Assembly: GCF_006345805.1 (NCBI RefSeq) | Contig: NW_021832371.1 | Span: forward strand, 1-30,744 | Length of the DNA: 30,744 nucleotides | Direction: 5' to 3' | Source of the DNA: Octopus sinensis | Taxonomy: Eukaryota | Shown here: piece after piece, positions 10,233-21,992 of the stretch | Numbering within the stretch: the stretch's first letter is position 1 | How the letters are laid out: each line of letters begins with the position of its first letter | The notes under the pieces: model-generated | Seen by the model: the letters and a program-made list of their open reading frames with translations, nothing else | Told to the model about the DNA's origin: nothing | Databases searched by the model: none | Translations under genes and position numbers: made by a program

Positions 10233-12377
10233 TTATTATTATTATTCAGTTATCTTATTTTTATTGCGTGCTTTCACTGCGCTACTGAGCGGAGCTCTGT
10301 GTGTCTTCGGCATGTACTGTAGCTTGTTGTGGTGCTCTTATTTTCACTGTATTGAAAGTATTTTACGAAGGATGTGTGCGGTGTCTACGAGTGCTATTTT
10401 CTGTATGCTATATACACTTGTAAGTCCTGGAGTTTTTGTTATGTATTTGTCTGAATGCGCCCACTATGATATGAATTGTTTCTGTTTTTAGGCTCCACAT
10501 TCGAATTATCTCTATCTCCAAATCTTTGGATTTTGAAAGTTTTTCTGTTACTTTTACAGAACCGTTGTCATCTGTTGGTGTTGACACATCGATTAGTAAG
10601 CTTTTATTCCTTGGTCATCTCTGACAACTATATCCGGACCATTAGCCTTGATTTCTTTATCCGTATGTTTTGGCATATCTCAGAGTATGGTTGTTTTCTC
10701 GTTTTCTGTGACCTTTTCTGGGGTGTGTCTATACCATCTTTTTTTCTGTTGATATTCCATAGTGTTGACATAGCTTCCATTGTATATAGGTTCCAACTCT
10801 GTCGTGTCTGTGAATATATACTCCTTTTTAGTCAGGACTGGGCAGCCAGAGACAATATGATTTATTGTTTCTTTTCCATCACCACACATTCTGCAGTTAC
10901 TTGTATTTCTCTTCATTATGTGTTTCTGATCATTTCAGTTGTTTTACAGCTTTTGTTGTTTTTTTTTTTTTTTGTTTTCTTCATAGTTGTTAGGTACTAT
11001 GACTTTTTTGTATTTGTTAGCTTCCTTAAAGACAGAAAATAGATTTTTGCTTTGTTCGTGTTTTTGTGGCTATTTCTATCAGTTTTTCTTGTTTCTGGAG
11101 TAAATATTTCTGTAATACTATAGTGGTTATTTTGTAATAGTTTTCAAGCAGTATAAGGATTCTACTACCTTCGATACGTTGTATAAATAAATTTTCTATG
11201 GCAGATTTAGGATGGTGCACCCTGAATCCTCTCAATATTTTCTCGCTTTCCTGTCTATTTTGATTAGTTCATTTAGAGTCCAGTTAAGAATGTTGTAGCT
11301 GTAACTTATAACCGGAACGGCTAGAGTGTTGATACCTATTATCTTGATTTTCGCAGTGAGCTCTGTTTGCAGTATTAATCTAACTCGTCTATAGTATTGT
11401 TTCCTTATTTTCTCTTTCATTTGTGCGTTGTGATCGATCCAGTATCGGACAAGAATTCTGGATTATTTTTCCGTTTTTTTTTTTTTTCACTTAACTTTTG
11501 AGAGTAGTCAGATTCATTTTTAGTATTCTCGCTTGTGAGAGCAGTCGAGTTTATTTCAGATATTCTCATTTTAAATCTCAGCCCTGGCTAATCGTTGAGA
11601 GGACGTTGGTGTTGCCTTGGCAGAGGTTTGCGTTCTCTGTGTGCTCTTGTTTATTATTGATGTTGTTTTAATTTTGGGAAGGTACAATCGGTAGTTCATA
11701 CTGAGATTTGTCGTTTTCAATTCTTTGACCATACTCATTTTAATTTCGCCTTCACTGCTTCCAGGTTTTAGATTTGTTTCGTATTCCTTCCCGTTCATAT
11801 TTTTGTCTGTGGTGTTCTGGTTTGGTGCATTTTGCTCATCATTATGCATTCCTACGGTTTAGATTTGCTGTCTTTCGTTGCCTGCTTCGTTTTTGTTCGA
11901 CACGTTACATCTGGCATTGCTGTGTGGTCACTTTCTATGTTTTCCTGATGTATTTTTCCTCTTAAGTGCTCTGATTCTATTTCTGATATTTTTTTGTTGT
12001 TGTTTTGAGAATATATCTCCGTATGTTAACTAATATATTAGGGTTCATTGCTATATCCAAATCTTTATCTAGGTGATTTCTCTTCCAGATTTTACATGTA
12101 TATGCTGTGTTTTTGTTCTGTGGGTAGAGCACTGATGTAAAATAAGCGTGTAGGATTGAAATATATTCCTCACGTGTCCATTTATGCTTTTTTTGAATTT
12201 ATTTGCAGGACGTGAAGAATAACGTCTGGCTCTTTATTTTGATGGTCATCATTTTCGTAGGGTACCGGTCCGTTCATTTCTGACGTTAAATGGCTTTACA
12301 CGTGTATTTCTTCGTACTTTTTGTGTGATAAGTTTAAAGTACGTACTTCCCTTTCATTATTCTTTGGTCGAATAATG
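10232..12377 (-). mobile_element. R4/Dong-clade non-LTR retrotransposon (RLE type), decayed, with most of the RT domain deleted
   Basis: N-terminal KWTREEYISILHAYF…NIRRYILK (about 12185-12005). RT C-terminus/thumb MKEKIRKQYYRRVRLILQTEL…INTLAVPVISYSY…IDRKARK. CCHC knuckle CRMCGDGKETINHIVSGC. RLE region TILWDMPKHTDKEIKANGPDIVV. 3' (AAT)n tail near 10232-10246, and (ATT)n/(ATC)n at the 5' flank. Confidence 0.85.
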
Positions 12378-12412
12378 CTATTATTATTATTATTGTTATT
12401 ATTATCATCATC

Positions 12413-12505
<93 letters not shown>

Positions 12506-12520
12506 CCATCATCATCGTTA
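12378..12520. repeat. (ATT)n/(CAT)n microsatellite
   Basis: Direct inspection. Confidence 0.95.
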
Positions 12521-12904
12521 TTAAGGCGGCAAGCTAGCAGAATGGTTAGCACACTGGATTGGGTTATTTTGAAAATCTCAAATTCGATGTAGTTTTTTAT
12601 GCTAATTACGAAAAGCATAAGTTTTTCTTTCTTTCTTTCTTTATTTATTTATTTTTTTTTCGGAGAGATTCATTCAAAATAAAGAAGTTACAAGACTTTA
12701 AATACTGAAATTGCTTTGAATTTTGGCCAATCGGATGAAGGCCACCTTCGACACATCGAAAATTGGAATTGTCATATATTCCCATAACAGCATATTGAAA
12801 CAACGTAGACGAATATATTTCAACGAAGCGAAATGAAACCAGCATGGTGAAGTAAGAAATTGAAAACCATTAAGAGCGGCCGGTTGGAGAATTTGAGGAG
12901 TTGA

Positions 12905-12943
12905 TGCCCCACCACCACGCACCACGGTGGTGGTGGTGGTTGC

Positions 12944-12999
<56 letters not shown>

Positions 13000-13176
13000 A
13001 AGAAGAAGAAGAAGAAGAAGAAGAAGAAAAGAAAAGAGAAGAAGAAGAAGAAGAAGAAGAAGAAGAAAGAGAAGATAGAGACGAAAGAGAAGAAGAAGAA
13101 GAAGAAGAGAAGAAGAAGAAGAAGAAGAAGAAGAAGAGAAGAAGAAAGGAAGAAGAAGAAGAAGAAAGAAAAGTAA

Positions 13177-13207
<31 letters not shown>

Positions 13208-13459
13208 GTATCTCATCAAGAATGGAGTTCAGTGAGCCGAAATTAGGTGAGTGGCGGCTAAATGATGTTAATTAGGTCACAGATGGAGAGTTAATGAAAC
13301 GTAGGTAGACATACGAAAGCATACCTGTATATATATATATATATATACACATGTATGTATATAAACATATATACACGCATAGTAATTTCCCTCTCTCTTC
13401 TTTCTCTCATACACATTCGTCTATGCCTGCTACTCCCTTTACTCTCCCTCTTCCTCCTC

Positions 13460-13504
<45 letters not shown>

Positions 13505-13510
13505 TCTTTC
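12905..13510. repeat. Compound (GGT)n-(GTA)n-(GAA)n (about 12905-13207), then (TA)n and (CT)n
   Basis: Direct inspection. Confidence 0.95.
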
Positions 13511-13624
13511 AAGTTACAGTTATATAAACAGATTTAGTAATGTTATATCCTCTTATGTTTATCCCCTGTACGATATCTATTTAACTAAAACCAATTTGTA
13601 ATATTGCTTTAATTGAAATTCAGT

Positions 13625-13780
13625 TAATGGTAAGGCAGCGAATAGCAAAAGTCGGTTGAGCATCGGAAATAATCGTTCGTAGGATTTGTTCCAGTCCTTG
13701 GCGCTCTGAGTTCGAATACCACAATGGTTAATTTTACCCTTTTTATTTTCGGGAGTCAATAAAAATAGTACCAATTCGAA
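13625..13780 (+). mobile_element. Old, decayed SINE A-related copy
   Basis: AAGGCAGCGAATAGC…CTGAGTTCGAATACC…TTTTCGGGAGTCAATAAAAATAGTACC. Confidence 0.55.
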
Positions 13781-13815
13781 GCGTGGGTTGGCAAAATTGT
13801 AAAAAAAAATTAATA

Positions 13816-14208
13816 GGCGCAGGAGCGGTTGTGTGGTAGGTAGCTTGCTTACCAACCACATGGCTCCGGGTTCAGTCCCACTGCGTGGCACCTTGGGCAA
13901 GTGTCTTCTACTATAGCTTCGGGTCGACCAAAGCCTTGTGAGTGGATTTGGTAGACGGAAACTGAAAGAAGCCCGTCATATATATGTATATATATGTGTG
14001 TGTGTGTTTGTGTGTCTGTGTTTGTCCCGCCAACATCGCTTGACAACCGATGCTGGTGCGTTTACGTCCCCGTAACTTAGCGGTTCGGCAAAAGAGACCG
14101 ATAGAATAAGTACTAGGCTTACAAAGAATAAGTCCTGGGGTTGATTTGCTCGACTAAAGTCGGTGCTCCAGCATGGCCGCAGTCAAATGACTGAAACAAG
14201 TAAAAGAG
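13816..14208 (+). mobile_element. SINE family B, full length (~390 bp)
   Basis: tRNA-like head with GGGTTCAGTCCC B-box, CCTTGGGCAAG motif, internal TA/TG tract, and a LINE-like tail ending CTGAAACAAGTAAAAGAG. Confidence 0.9.
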
Positions 14209-14466
14209 AGTATGTCGTCGGCCTGCATGCCCTTGCGATATTCGCTCGCCTCTTTGTGTTTTTAATTTCAAATCCCGCCATGGTACACTTGGACCGTAGG
14301 CTTACCCGTCCCTCCTCGATGTAGTGGTATCCATTGTTCCAGGTGTTGCCATGAATAAACTTAACTCTGTTACAAGCATGCAGGCCAGATTTGCTATTTG
14401 AGAATACCTTCCTCAGGCGCTGTACCGATAGGTAAAGAAACATTTATTATTATTATTATTATTATG

Positions 14467-14499
<33 letters not shown>

Positions 14500-15789
14500 G
14501 ATCAGTCACAAATACCGCGCTATAGAAGCTCTCTTTTTGCTTCACGATAATGACTTTCTGACTTGACAACTATTTATCACTAAAATGATTATGATCCCTT
14601 CTTCCTTTGCTTGATTCTTGAGCAAAGAACCTTCATTTTTTCTAAAATATATCAAAAGAGTGTATATACGATTTGATTTATTCATTTATAACTTAAACCA
14701 AAATGTTGAAAACTTCGTTAGGGATATCAGTTAAAAATTGCAAGTTGTATATCACCCTAACTTTGATTTTGTTGGGATCAGTCGTCCATCATGATTAAGA
14801 ATTATATGTTATTTGTCTTTGAAAACTCATATGTTTTTCATTGTTGTAGACATATTTCCTAATATTATTTATTTTAATAAATTATTAGTATATAAATTAG
14901 AACTTGCAAGTGATATGAAAATTTGCCTTTCATTGTGATGGATCCAACATACCTGATACTAATATGATAAACAGGTGAGTTATCCTTCAAGACTCATCGA
15001 TTCCTTGTTTTTTACGTTTGCTCAAATATGTAAGCTGTAAATAGCAGTAACTACACTCAAAATCTTTGCCCTTTTGGAGTCTCTTTTAACTCACTAGTCT
15101 CACCAGAAAAGCCAGTTTATTTTAAACATTAAAAAAAGAAAAAAAAAACACTATTGCTATAATCAAGTATTATACAACCTCACTTTCTTTTCCATTATCC
15201 AGTGAGAAAGGAAGAAGATCAACATACAACAGGACAATATGAAGGAACGGTATGCTTACATTGGTTTCTCGATTACATTAACAATTTGTTATTCAGTGTC
15301 TTTAATTATCAGATCGGCGCCTTTTCTATTCTGCTAAAACGTACCTCCTCACTAAACGTTTTCAAATGTTTCTCGCCATTCATCTTCTAAGTATAACTTA
15401 GCTACCAAGCTAACAGCTACTCCATCTGTTATTCCTCGTATTAGCAACATCTTCTGTTCTTCAAATTAAGTTCTGTCATTTCGAGAACCGTGTGCACCTA
15501 ATTGCCAATTACATTACAGAACGAGTTAATAGTTTTGGTATGGATTCAAAGTAGATTTTAGATTTATTTCCAGTCGATGTTAATTAAGGAGCTAACCAAA
15601 TTAATATCCTCAATAACCCGAGGAATCTTAATTATGAACTATAATAAGATATAACGTTAACTAATCAGACCATCCCAGGTCTATTCCAAGTTTTAGTTAA
15701 TCATTGAATTTACTTTCGTTACTACTGAAGATAAATTAATGTAACAACCTCAACGACCAGATGTTCTTACAAAGCAACAGAAGCTTCTC

Positions 15790-15985
15790 TACAGAGTCAC
15801 TTGACCTGCAAGAAATAGCAGCCCAATTTCCCTCAAACTACACCTTATCGTCTTAAGACAGGAGACATTAAATAATATAGGTTAATGCATATTATATTTA
15901 AAAATAGATGGTCAGGGCTAGAATGCCTGTGATCATAGATCTGGTCGAGCAGAAGCGATTCGCGACAAAACAACTACAGCAGCAA
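15790..15985 (-). mobile_element. Decayed interspersed repeat; related fragments near 18090-18270, 19000-19080 and 19615-19670
   Basis: Shared words such as GATGGTCA…TGATCATAGATCTG…CGAG and CAAGAAATAGCAG recur in both orientations. Confidence 0.5.
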
Positions 15986-16058
15986 GAATATACTCGTCTT
16001 CAGGTCTCTCATCAATTTAGAGTGCTAAATTGAAGACAATTCTAATCAAGAAAAATGT

Positions 16059-16320
16059 GGTGAGCAGGCAGAATCGTTAGGGCATCTAGCAAAACACTCA
16101 GTAGCATTTGTTACTGAGTAGCATTTGTTACTGAATAGCATTTGTTACTGAGTAGCATTTGTTACTGCTCCTTAAAATTTTAAGTTCAAATCCCGCCAAG
16201 ACCAAATTTACTTTACATCTGCCAGGAGTCGATAAAATAAAGTACCATTCAAGTTCTCGGGTCGATTACATCGGCTTACTTCTTCTCCTCAAAACTATTG
16301 GCCTTGTACCTAAATTAGAA
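16059..16320 (+). mobile_element. Decayed SINE A-related copy containing a 17-bp x4 tandem expansion (16101-16167)
   Basis: GGCAGAATCGTTAG head, (GTAGCATTTGTTACTGA)4, then AAGTTCAAATCCCGCCAAG…GGGTCGATTACATCG. Confidence 0.7.
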
Positions 16321-16439
16321 GCAATATCAAACGAGAAAGAACTTTCATCTGACCTGTGGGTAGCGTCTCTGTTTAGCCATTGGTTAGGAAGAGATTGACA
16401 TGAGTTATATTTATTAGTTTCTCTACACTGTTATCATAA

Positions 16440-16832
16440 TCTATATACATAAGGCTGAAGTTGTCTGTGTGTGGCAGGTTTGGTAGGCTTCAACTAACAC
16501 AATCTCCTCCGAGACCCTGCGGCGCAAGTTGACCAAAATTGAGAGTATGATAGAAGGCTTGCTCTTCATTCCGTAGAGAAAAGAATTCAAATCGGACCAT
16601 GTTAACACCAAAAATTATTTACATCAAAAAGGTACTTTTTTTCTATGAAAATCCCTATTTTTTACAATTTTTTGACTGCTGTATCGCATTTTTTCAGTGT
16701 ATTTCAACTAGAAAAAATTTAACTGAAAGAGAATAACAAGCTACATAATGCAATATTTTTACTTTTCAAAAATTCCAATCCTAAAGAGTTGAAAGGAAAA
16801 CAAACCCAAGCAACGCCGGGCGACACTGCTAG
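16440..16832 (+). mobile_element. Non-autonomous Helitron (~393 bp)
   Basis: Inserted between A (16439) and T (16833). 5' end TCTATATACATAA; 3' end CCCAAGCAACGCCGGG (decayed GC hairpin) followed by CGACACTGCTAG. Confidence 0.75.
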
Positions 16833-16959
16833 TATATTCATAAAAGTCTGATACTCTGCCGACTGATCTATTCGGGCGTAGGAAAAAGATTGAAGTTCCA
16901 TCGAATTTCGAACAACTGCGTGCTAAGCAGATGGGATAAACACAACACCATGGAACCAA

Positions 16960-17370
16960 GAACTGTTCTTCGTAGACACAATACAACAGCGATTAACATT
17001 CTCGTTCGAATCTGCCGGAATGTATTAAGAATGAGCATGTATGAATATGTATATATACTAGAGCTTATGAGTATTACTAGAGTTTTACTCGTCATATGAC
17101 AAGTAACTTTAGAAGTATTCTTTCACCAACCTGTGTAATATCAAGAATCATGGCATGCATGCAATAATTGTAATTTAATCGTTATCAAATTTCTTGGTCA
17201 TTATACAAAATGATGAAATGAATACTAATTTTTGAACAGACAAATATTGTCTTCAAATAAAATTTAATAAAAGAAAGCAATAACGTACATTCTCATTCTT
17301 AATACGTTCCGGCAGATTCGAACGAGAATATGCTAATCGTTGTTGTATCGTGTCTACGAAGAACAACTTC
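16960..17370. mobile_element. MITE-like element with ~85-bp terminal inverted repeats
   Basis: 16960-17042 is the reverse complement of 17285-17370 (TGTTCTTCGTAGACAC…TTCTCGTTCGAATCTGCCGGAA.GTATTAAGAATGAG). The TSD is not resolved. Confidence 0.8.
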
Positions 17371-17489
17371 ATATATTTTTCATTTGTATAACTCCTCCCA
17401 CAAATACTAAGTCATTGATTCATTGACTCCCTTTTTCTTTACTTCATAGTCTGCCTCTGTGAAAATTTCCTCTTTCACTGTGAGTATAT

Positions 17490-17960
17490 TTTAAACGATC
17501 TTTTACTGAGTGCATGCCACCAAGCTTACTATGTATACTGCAGTACTCAGTTGATACTCATTTTCAGCTGAGTAAACTTGAGTAACGTGAAATGGAGTAC
17601 GTTGTTCAGAGACACAACTCGCCATACAATCGAGGGAAAATCCCTGAATTCACGACATTATCACGTTGAGTCGAACCCCTCTAACCAATAGGCCACATGC
17701 CTTCACAAACAGAGTGCATCAGAATTCAACAAATTACACAACTTAGTTTTGTGACTAAGAACGTGTTATTGCGTAGTGAAAACGTCTGGTTAAAGCATTT
17801 TGAATGCACATTTCAGGAAATAAACCTTTATCAAATAAGAATATGAAAAATGCAGAATATACTTCGATTTTTGAACCGGGCGATCTGCTGTGCTCTTGAG
17901 CAAAGACACTTCATTTCTCGTTTCTCCAGTTCAGTCAGCTGGCAAAAATGAGTCAGAATC
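17490..17960. mobile_element. Two decayed copies of a further tRNA-SINE family (D): minus at 17490-17720, plus at about 17870-17960
   Basis: Both share ACTTCATTTCAC…CTCCAGT.CA.TCAGCTG-type core with the copy at 29505-29650. Confidence 0.55.
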
Positions 17961-19204
17961 TGGGGAGCTGGCCTTATAATCCCTTGATTTCTTTTTCTTT
18001 TCTTTTTTCTTCTTTTATATTTTTGCTTTGAAATGTGAAGAGAATTTTCATTGAGTAAATGAAGGGACGTCAATGTAGTAAGCGCGAACTACAAGAAATA
18101 GCAGTTAAATTCTCTTAGACGAAACCCTTTTGTTTCAATAAAAGGGTAATTTGAATAAGATGCAGACGGCTGCAATCTGAGAATAAAAGTAGACTGTGAA
18201 GTTCAGGGCATGAAGGAATTTGATTAAAGATCTATTTGACCAGGGCTGCAATAACGATTACAACAAAAACTATACCCACCAAAATCGTGCAAAAGAAATA
18301 TATAACCAGGTGGAATTATATAATGTTTCAATAATAGAAATATTAATCAGCACACCTGTAGATCTTCCCAGAATGAACACGATTACTTTTCTGGTTTAGA
18401 AACTGGTAATGCTATTTTTTAATAAGCAATTGCAGACTGCGTGACGTTATAGTAATACGCTTATTTTTATCCTAAGATGCTATTTCTTTTGACGTATATT
18501 CTGAAAGATATCTGCAGTGTAAGGAAAACTGTATTCAATATTATATAAAAACATATATTCAATATTATATAAAAACATATATACAACAAAATATGATATC
18601 CGGATTGAGCTTCATTGAGTCAAAATTTCAATTCAATGGAAATACTTGCGATATTCTCGTTTATGTGAGAGTAACTCTACTAGCAATGAGTAAAATAAGT
18701 TGGCTATAAAATATTATAAGAAGGAAAAAAAATGAATTAAACAGTTCTTTTTATGGATTGGTTAATTTTTATAGATTTTCTTCCTAAATATGTCAAACAA
18801 AGCGTCTCATGCACAGTTTTTTATGAAGCTAAGACTTCTAAGAGTTTTGAATGTTTCCGAATGACCTTTAATATAGATTTAAATCTAGCATAAAAATATC
18901 GAATATGAAATAGATATTTATGACAACAGACTTTAGCAAAACGTCTATGTTCTCTTATAACAGAACTGTTAATGTCATTTTTGATCTTGTTGTTCTTTTG
19001 TTGTTGTTGCTCAGCTTTAGGTCAGACCTCATCGAGAAGACCTATGATCAAAGGCGATCAAACCGTGACCATCAAATATTTTCGTGTAGCAAGGCCGTAT
19101 TGTTTAACATAACTCTTTATTTTAGACAATAAGGTGAGACTTGAGGATAGCTTGACTGCTATTTCTAGCTAGTCTAATAACCACGTAGAAGTGTCTCTAG
19201 TATA

Positions 19205-19610
19205 GTGGTGATAATGGGGTTGGGGACGCTGGTGACGTTGGTGATGGCGTTAGTGGTTAATGTTGGTGTTGATTGTGTGTGTGTGTGTGGGGGTGATGGT
19301 GTTGGTGCTGATTGTGTTAGTGGTATTGGCGTTGTTGATGTTGATGGTAGTGATGATGGTGGTGATAATGGTGGTAATGTTGACTATGGTGATGATGGTG
19401 GTTGTGATGTTGGTTGTGATGTGGTGTTGGCGGGGGTGTTGGCGGTGGTGTTGGTGGTGGTAGTGGTGCTATTGGTGCTCCTGGTGCGGCTGCTAGTGAT
19501 GTAGGCATTGGTGATGTTATCGGTTTTGTTGTTGCTAGTGGTGGTGGTGGTGGTGTTGGTAGTGGTGGTGGTGGTGGTGGTGGTGGTGGTGCTGATGGTT
19601 GCTTTCAATG
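19205..19610. repeat. Degenerate (GGT)n/(GTT)n/(GAT)n trinucleotide tract
   Basis: Direct inspection. Confidence 0.9.
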
Positions 19611-19767
19611 GTGCTGTTCGGTCCTAGATCAGTCCTAGATCAGCCTTGATCGAGCATGCTGATTTGAGCCTATGTATCACTTAGTGAAGATGGCAAGTTG
19701 TGATTTGAACTTTCGATTACTATTTCTATGTGGAACAACTGTGCAAAAACTTACGCTTCTCGTGGGC

Positions 19768-19911
19768 CCCACCCCACCCCTCCCATCCCATATATAAATC
19801 AGTTATCTCCTCGCGTTTTTCTCCCGGAGCTCATTTCAAATGAAAACACAAACACCGAAAACAAATCTTTTAACTAACGGATTACAAACTATACAACAAC
19901 TTTAGGTAAGC
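19768..19911 (+). promoter_or_regulatory. Candidate TATA promoter and short first (5' UTR-like) exon
   Basis: CCCCACCCCACCCC, then TATATAAA (19791-19798), Inr-like TCATTT (19831), an A/C-rich leader, and a strong donor AG|GTAAGC at 19905/19906. TATA-to-Inr spacing (~40 nt) is longer than ideal. Confidence 0.3.
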
Positions 19912-20342
19912 ATTTCTCTTATAGAGTGGATTAAATTATCTCACGAATATTTGCTGTTTGCACATCAAGAACTACTCAAAGTAACATCTGAACCGTCTTT
20001 TAATAGGGGCAATGACACATTTTTAAACATTTTAGTTTGACGTGCTTCATGTAAATGAGTCAACTAATTCATATATCGGCACCGTTACCTGTCTTGAATT
20101 CAAATTCGATAATGAAACCAGTTTTAAGAGGCGAACTTTTATTCCCTGCAATGCAATGAAACGATGGAAATTACATCTAAAATACAATAAACCAGTCAAA
20201 CTTTTATGTAAAGATTTTGTGGCTGAGTGAGTAAAAAGTTTGCTTCCTTCCCAACCAAATAGTTTCGGGTTCGCTCCCCTTGCGTAGCGGCTTGGGCAAG
20301 TGATTTTATTATATTATTAAGTGCTTTTTATTATAATCCCAA

Positions 20343-21095
20343 GCCGACAGAAACGTTAGCACACTGGGCGAAATGCTTAGCGGTATTTCGTCTGCCGCTA
20401 TGTTCTGAGTTCAAATTCCGCCGAGGTCGACTTTGCCTTTCATCCTTTCGGGGTCGATTGAATAAGTACCAGTTACGCACTGGGGTCGTTATAATCGACT
20501 TACTTCGTTTGTCTGTCTTTCTTTGTCCTCTCTGTGTTTAGCTCCTTGTGGGTAGTGAAGAAATAGGTATTTCGTCTGCCGCTACGTATGAGTTCAAATT
20601 CCGCCGAGGTCGACTTTGCCTTTCATCCTTTCGGGGTCGATAAATTAAGTACCAGTTACGCACTGGGGTCGATGTAATCGACTTAATCCCTTTGTCTGTC
20701 ATTGTTTGCCCCCTTCTGTGTTTAGCTCCTTGTGGATAGTAAAGAAATAGAAATAGGTATTTCGTCTGCCGTTACGTTCTGAGTTAAAATTCCGCCGAGG
20801 TCGACTTTGCCTTTCATCCTTTCGGGGTCGATAAATTAAGTACCATTTACGCACTGGGGTCGATAAATTAAGTACCAGTTACGCACTGGGGTCGATGTGA
20901 TCGACTTAATCCCTTTGTCTGTCCTTGTTTGCCACCTCTGTGTTAGCCCCTTGTGGGTAGTAAAGAAATAGATACTTCGTCTGCCGCTACTACTTTGCTT
21001 TTCGTCCTTTCGAGGTCTATAAAATAATTACCAGTCGAGCACTGGAGTCAATGTAATTGACTTAGCCGTTTCCCCGAAATTATTGGCCTTGTGAT
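20343..21095 (+). mobile_element. SINE family A tandem multimer (three ~185-215-bp units plus a decayed partial unit), preceded by a decayed SINE B head (20217-20310)
   Basis: Junctions AAATAGGTATTTCGTCTGCC at 20566 and 20756, and a decayed one at 20971. There is a 32-bp internal duplication at 20824-20887. Confidence 0.9.
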
Positions 21096-21992
21096 ACCAA
21101 TATGGGTTTGGGATGTTTGGAGATGACAACCTTTTATCGGTTGTGCCTTATGTGGAAAATCTAATATTTAATAAAAATAAATAGGAGAACTATGCAAGAT
21201 AGAGAACTCCTGTAGATATAGAAAAAATTGATAAAAATGTTACAATAAAAGATAATTCCGAATTTGTATCAGAATTATTGAGAAAATGTATAAAATCTTT
21301 TCCAACGTAGCATATGCTTAATGGTTGAACAAATTCTAACATTTGTCTGTTAATATATTATATAGCTCACTGCGTAACATATATCATTGAATATAAGTAT
21401 ATATTACCTCAAAGCGTTTTATGTTCCTGCTTTGAAATCCATAATATAATGATAATGAGATATGAAGAAATTCTTCAATGGAGGATTTCTTCAGGCATGC
21501 TGTTCCGTTTCCTTAATAATTAGTGTTGGCCCAAAACCAGAAATACCAACCCGAAATACGTAACCCAGTAATTGGATCTTGGCACTTCAAACTTTCTAAG
21601 ATTTAATTCTGGATCATTAATACAAGAGAAAGTCAATTTTATTGACGAATTTAAGCAGTTTAGGAGTTTTACAATAGACTGCTGCAATAGCTTGCTATGT
21701 AATGTGTAAAATTTCTCAATTAGTTTTATGGGAAATTTTATACAAACTACGAGATGAACAACTACTGATATTTTATATCTTTCGGCCACTGAATTATATT
21801 TGCCTCCAGTCAACATAGTTAGCAACTGATACGTAGTTTAAGTCTCTAAAATTTTATTTCAGATAATAAAATAGATTCTGTTACACGGTCTACCTTTTGA
21901 TTAGTCCATCATATACAATCCTTTTGATTCTATTTAAAAAGAGAATTTCCAGCGTAGAAGCAAGTTACTAAATACAAATCATATCATATTTA

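Noticed and set aside
15203-15249. 47-nt plus-strand exon candidate (RKEEDQHTTGQYEGT)
   Set aside because: Good acceptor but only a moderate donor, no recognisable homology, and no linked exons could be supported.
21601-21709. …DCCNSLLCNV* resembling a Ly6/three-finger C-terminus
   Set aside because: No other cysteines in the preceding 30 residues, a weak AAG acceptor, and no matching upstream exons found.
21520-21825. 101-codon minus-strand ORF
   Set aside because: No recognisable motif, and about one ORF of this length is expected by chance in this much AT-rich sequence (rough estimate).
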